The notes below the pieces were generated by a model. The model was not told the DNA's origin. It saw only the letters and a program-made list of their open reading frames with translations, and made no database searches. A DNA stretch of 59,946 nt. It comes from an uncultured Verrucomicrobiales bacterium. GTDB taxonomy: Bacteria; Verrucomicrobiota; Verrucomicrobiia; Verrucomicrobiales; DEV007. Below are positions 59,632 to 59,946 of the stretch, piece by piece; position 1 is the first letter of the stretch; each line of letters starts with the position of its first letter. The stretch lies in contig CALKOM010000150.1 of the NCBI GenBank assembly GCA_938091905.1, positions 1 to 59,946 of the forward strand, read 5' to 3'. The position numbers and the translations under genes were made by a program.

Positions 59632-59946
59632 GTAGTGCCTACAAAAAATTCACAGAAGCCCCTTTCCTGAGCACTTGGAAGCCTCGATTGTAGGCCCAGG
59701 AAGGACCCGCGGATGATTCGGATCATTCGGTGAAATATTTCAAATGTGCCCAGATGGGATACCTGCAAAGCCTGCAAAAGCCTTCTGCTGGTTTTGCAGG
59801 TAACGGGACTAGGCCCTTTTGAGATTATTCGCCTCCTCCGCGATGTGGGCAGATGTCACCCAATCGACTAGGTGAAACAGGTGTTTCGTCCTGCCTGTGG
59901 TCGGTTGCTCTTCTGCTCTTAGCCATCGATGGCGGACGAGAAGATC

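Noticed and set aside
1..59946. CRISPR array, transposase, integrase, prophage or defence genes
   Set aside because: No repeat-spacer array and no such ORF motifs seen

Overview
About 60 kb of bacterial chromosome, most likely Verrucomicrobiota. This is inferred from a PEP-CTERM gene, a TIGR02597-like gene, a planctomycete-type cytochrome c/WD40 protein, lamin-tail/CotH and DUF1080 surface proteins and a sulfatase. Housekeeping genes (mreB, mfd, lolA, aroC, galM, rpsU, tRNA-Thr, tRNA-Ser) are mixed with: (i) a four-gene Tat-exported molybdoenzyme operon (4Fe-4S, NrfD/PsrC, Mo subunit, TorD) whose Fe-S subunit has a natural Cys-to-Asn change predicting a [3Fe-4S] cluster; (ii) a near-complete type II secretion locus (E-F-G'-G-H-I-J-K-L-M-X-D) with a second, apparently non-cleavable GspG paralog, an FG-rich insert in the secretin and an RGG tail on GspJ, followed on the same strand by a TIGR02597-like and a PEP-CTERM gene; (iii) two secreted proteins sharing a C-terminal DxDGDG...F(Y/F)xL module; (iv) a small sugar-catabolic operon; (v) several decayed genes and probable integrase attachment-site remnants next to tRNA-Ser. 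All calls come from motif recognition by eye; no searches were run.
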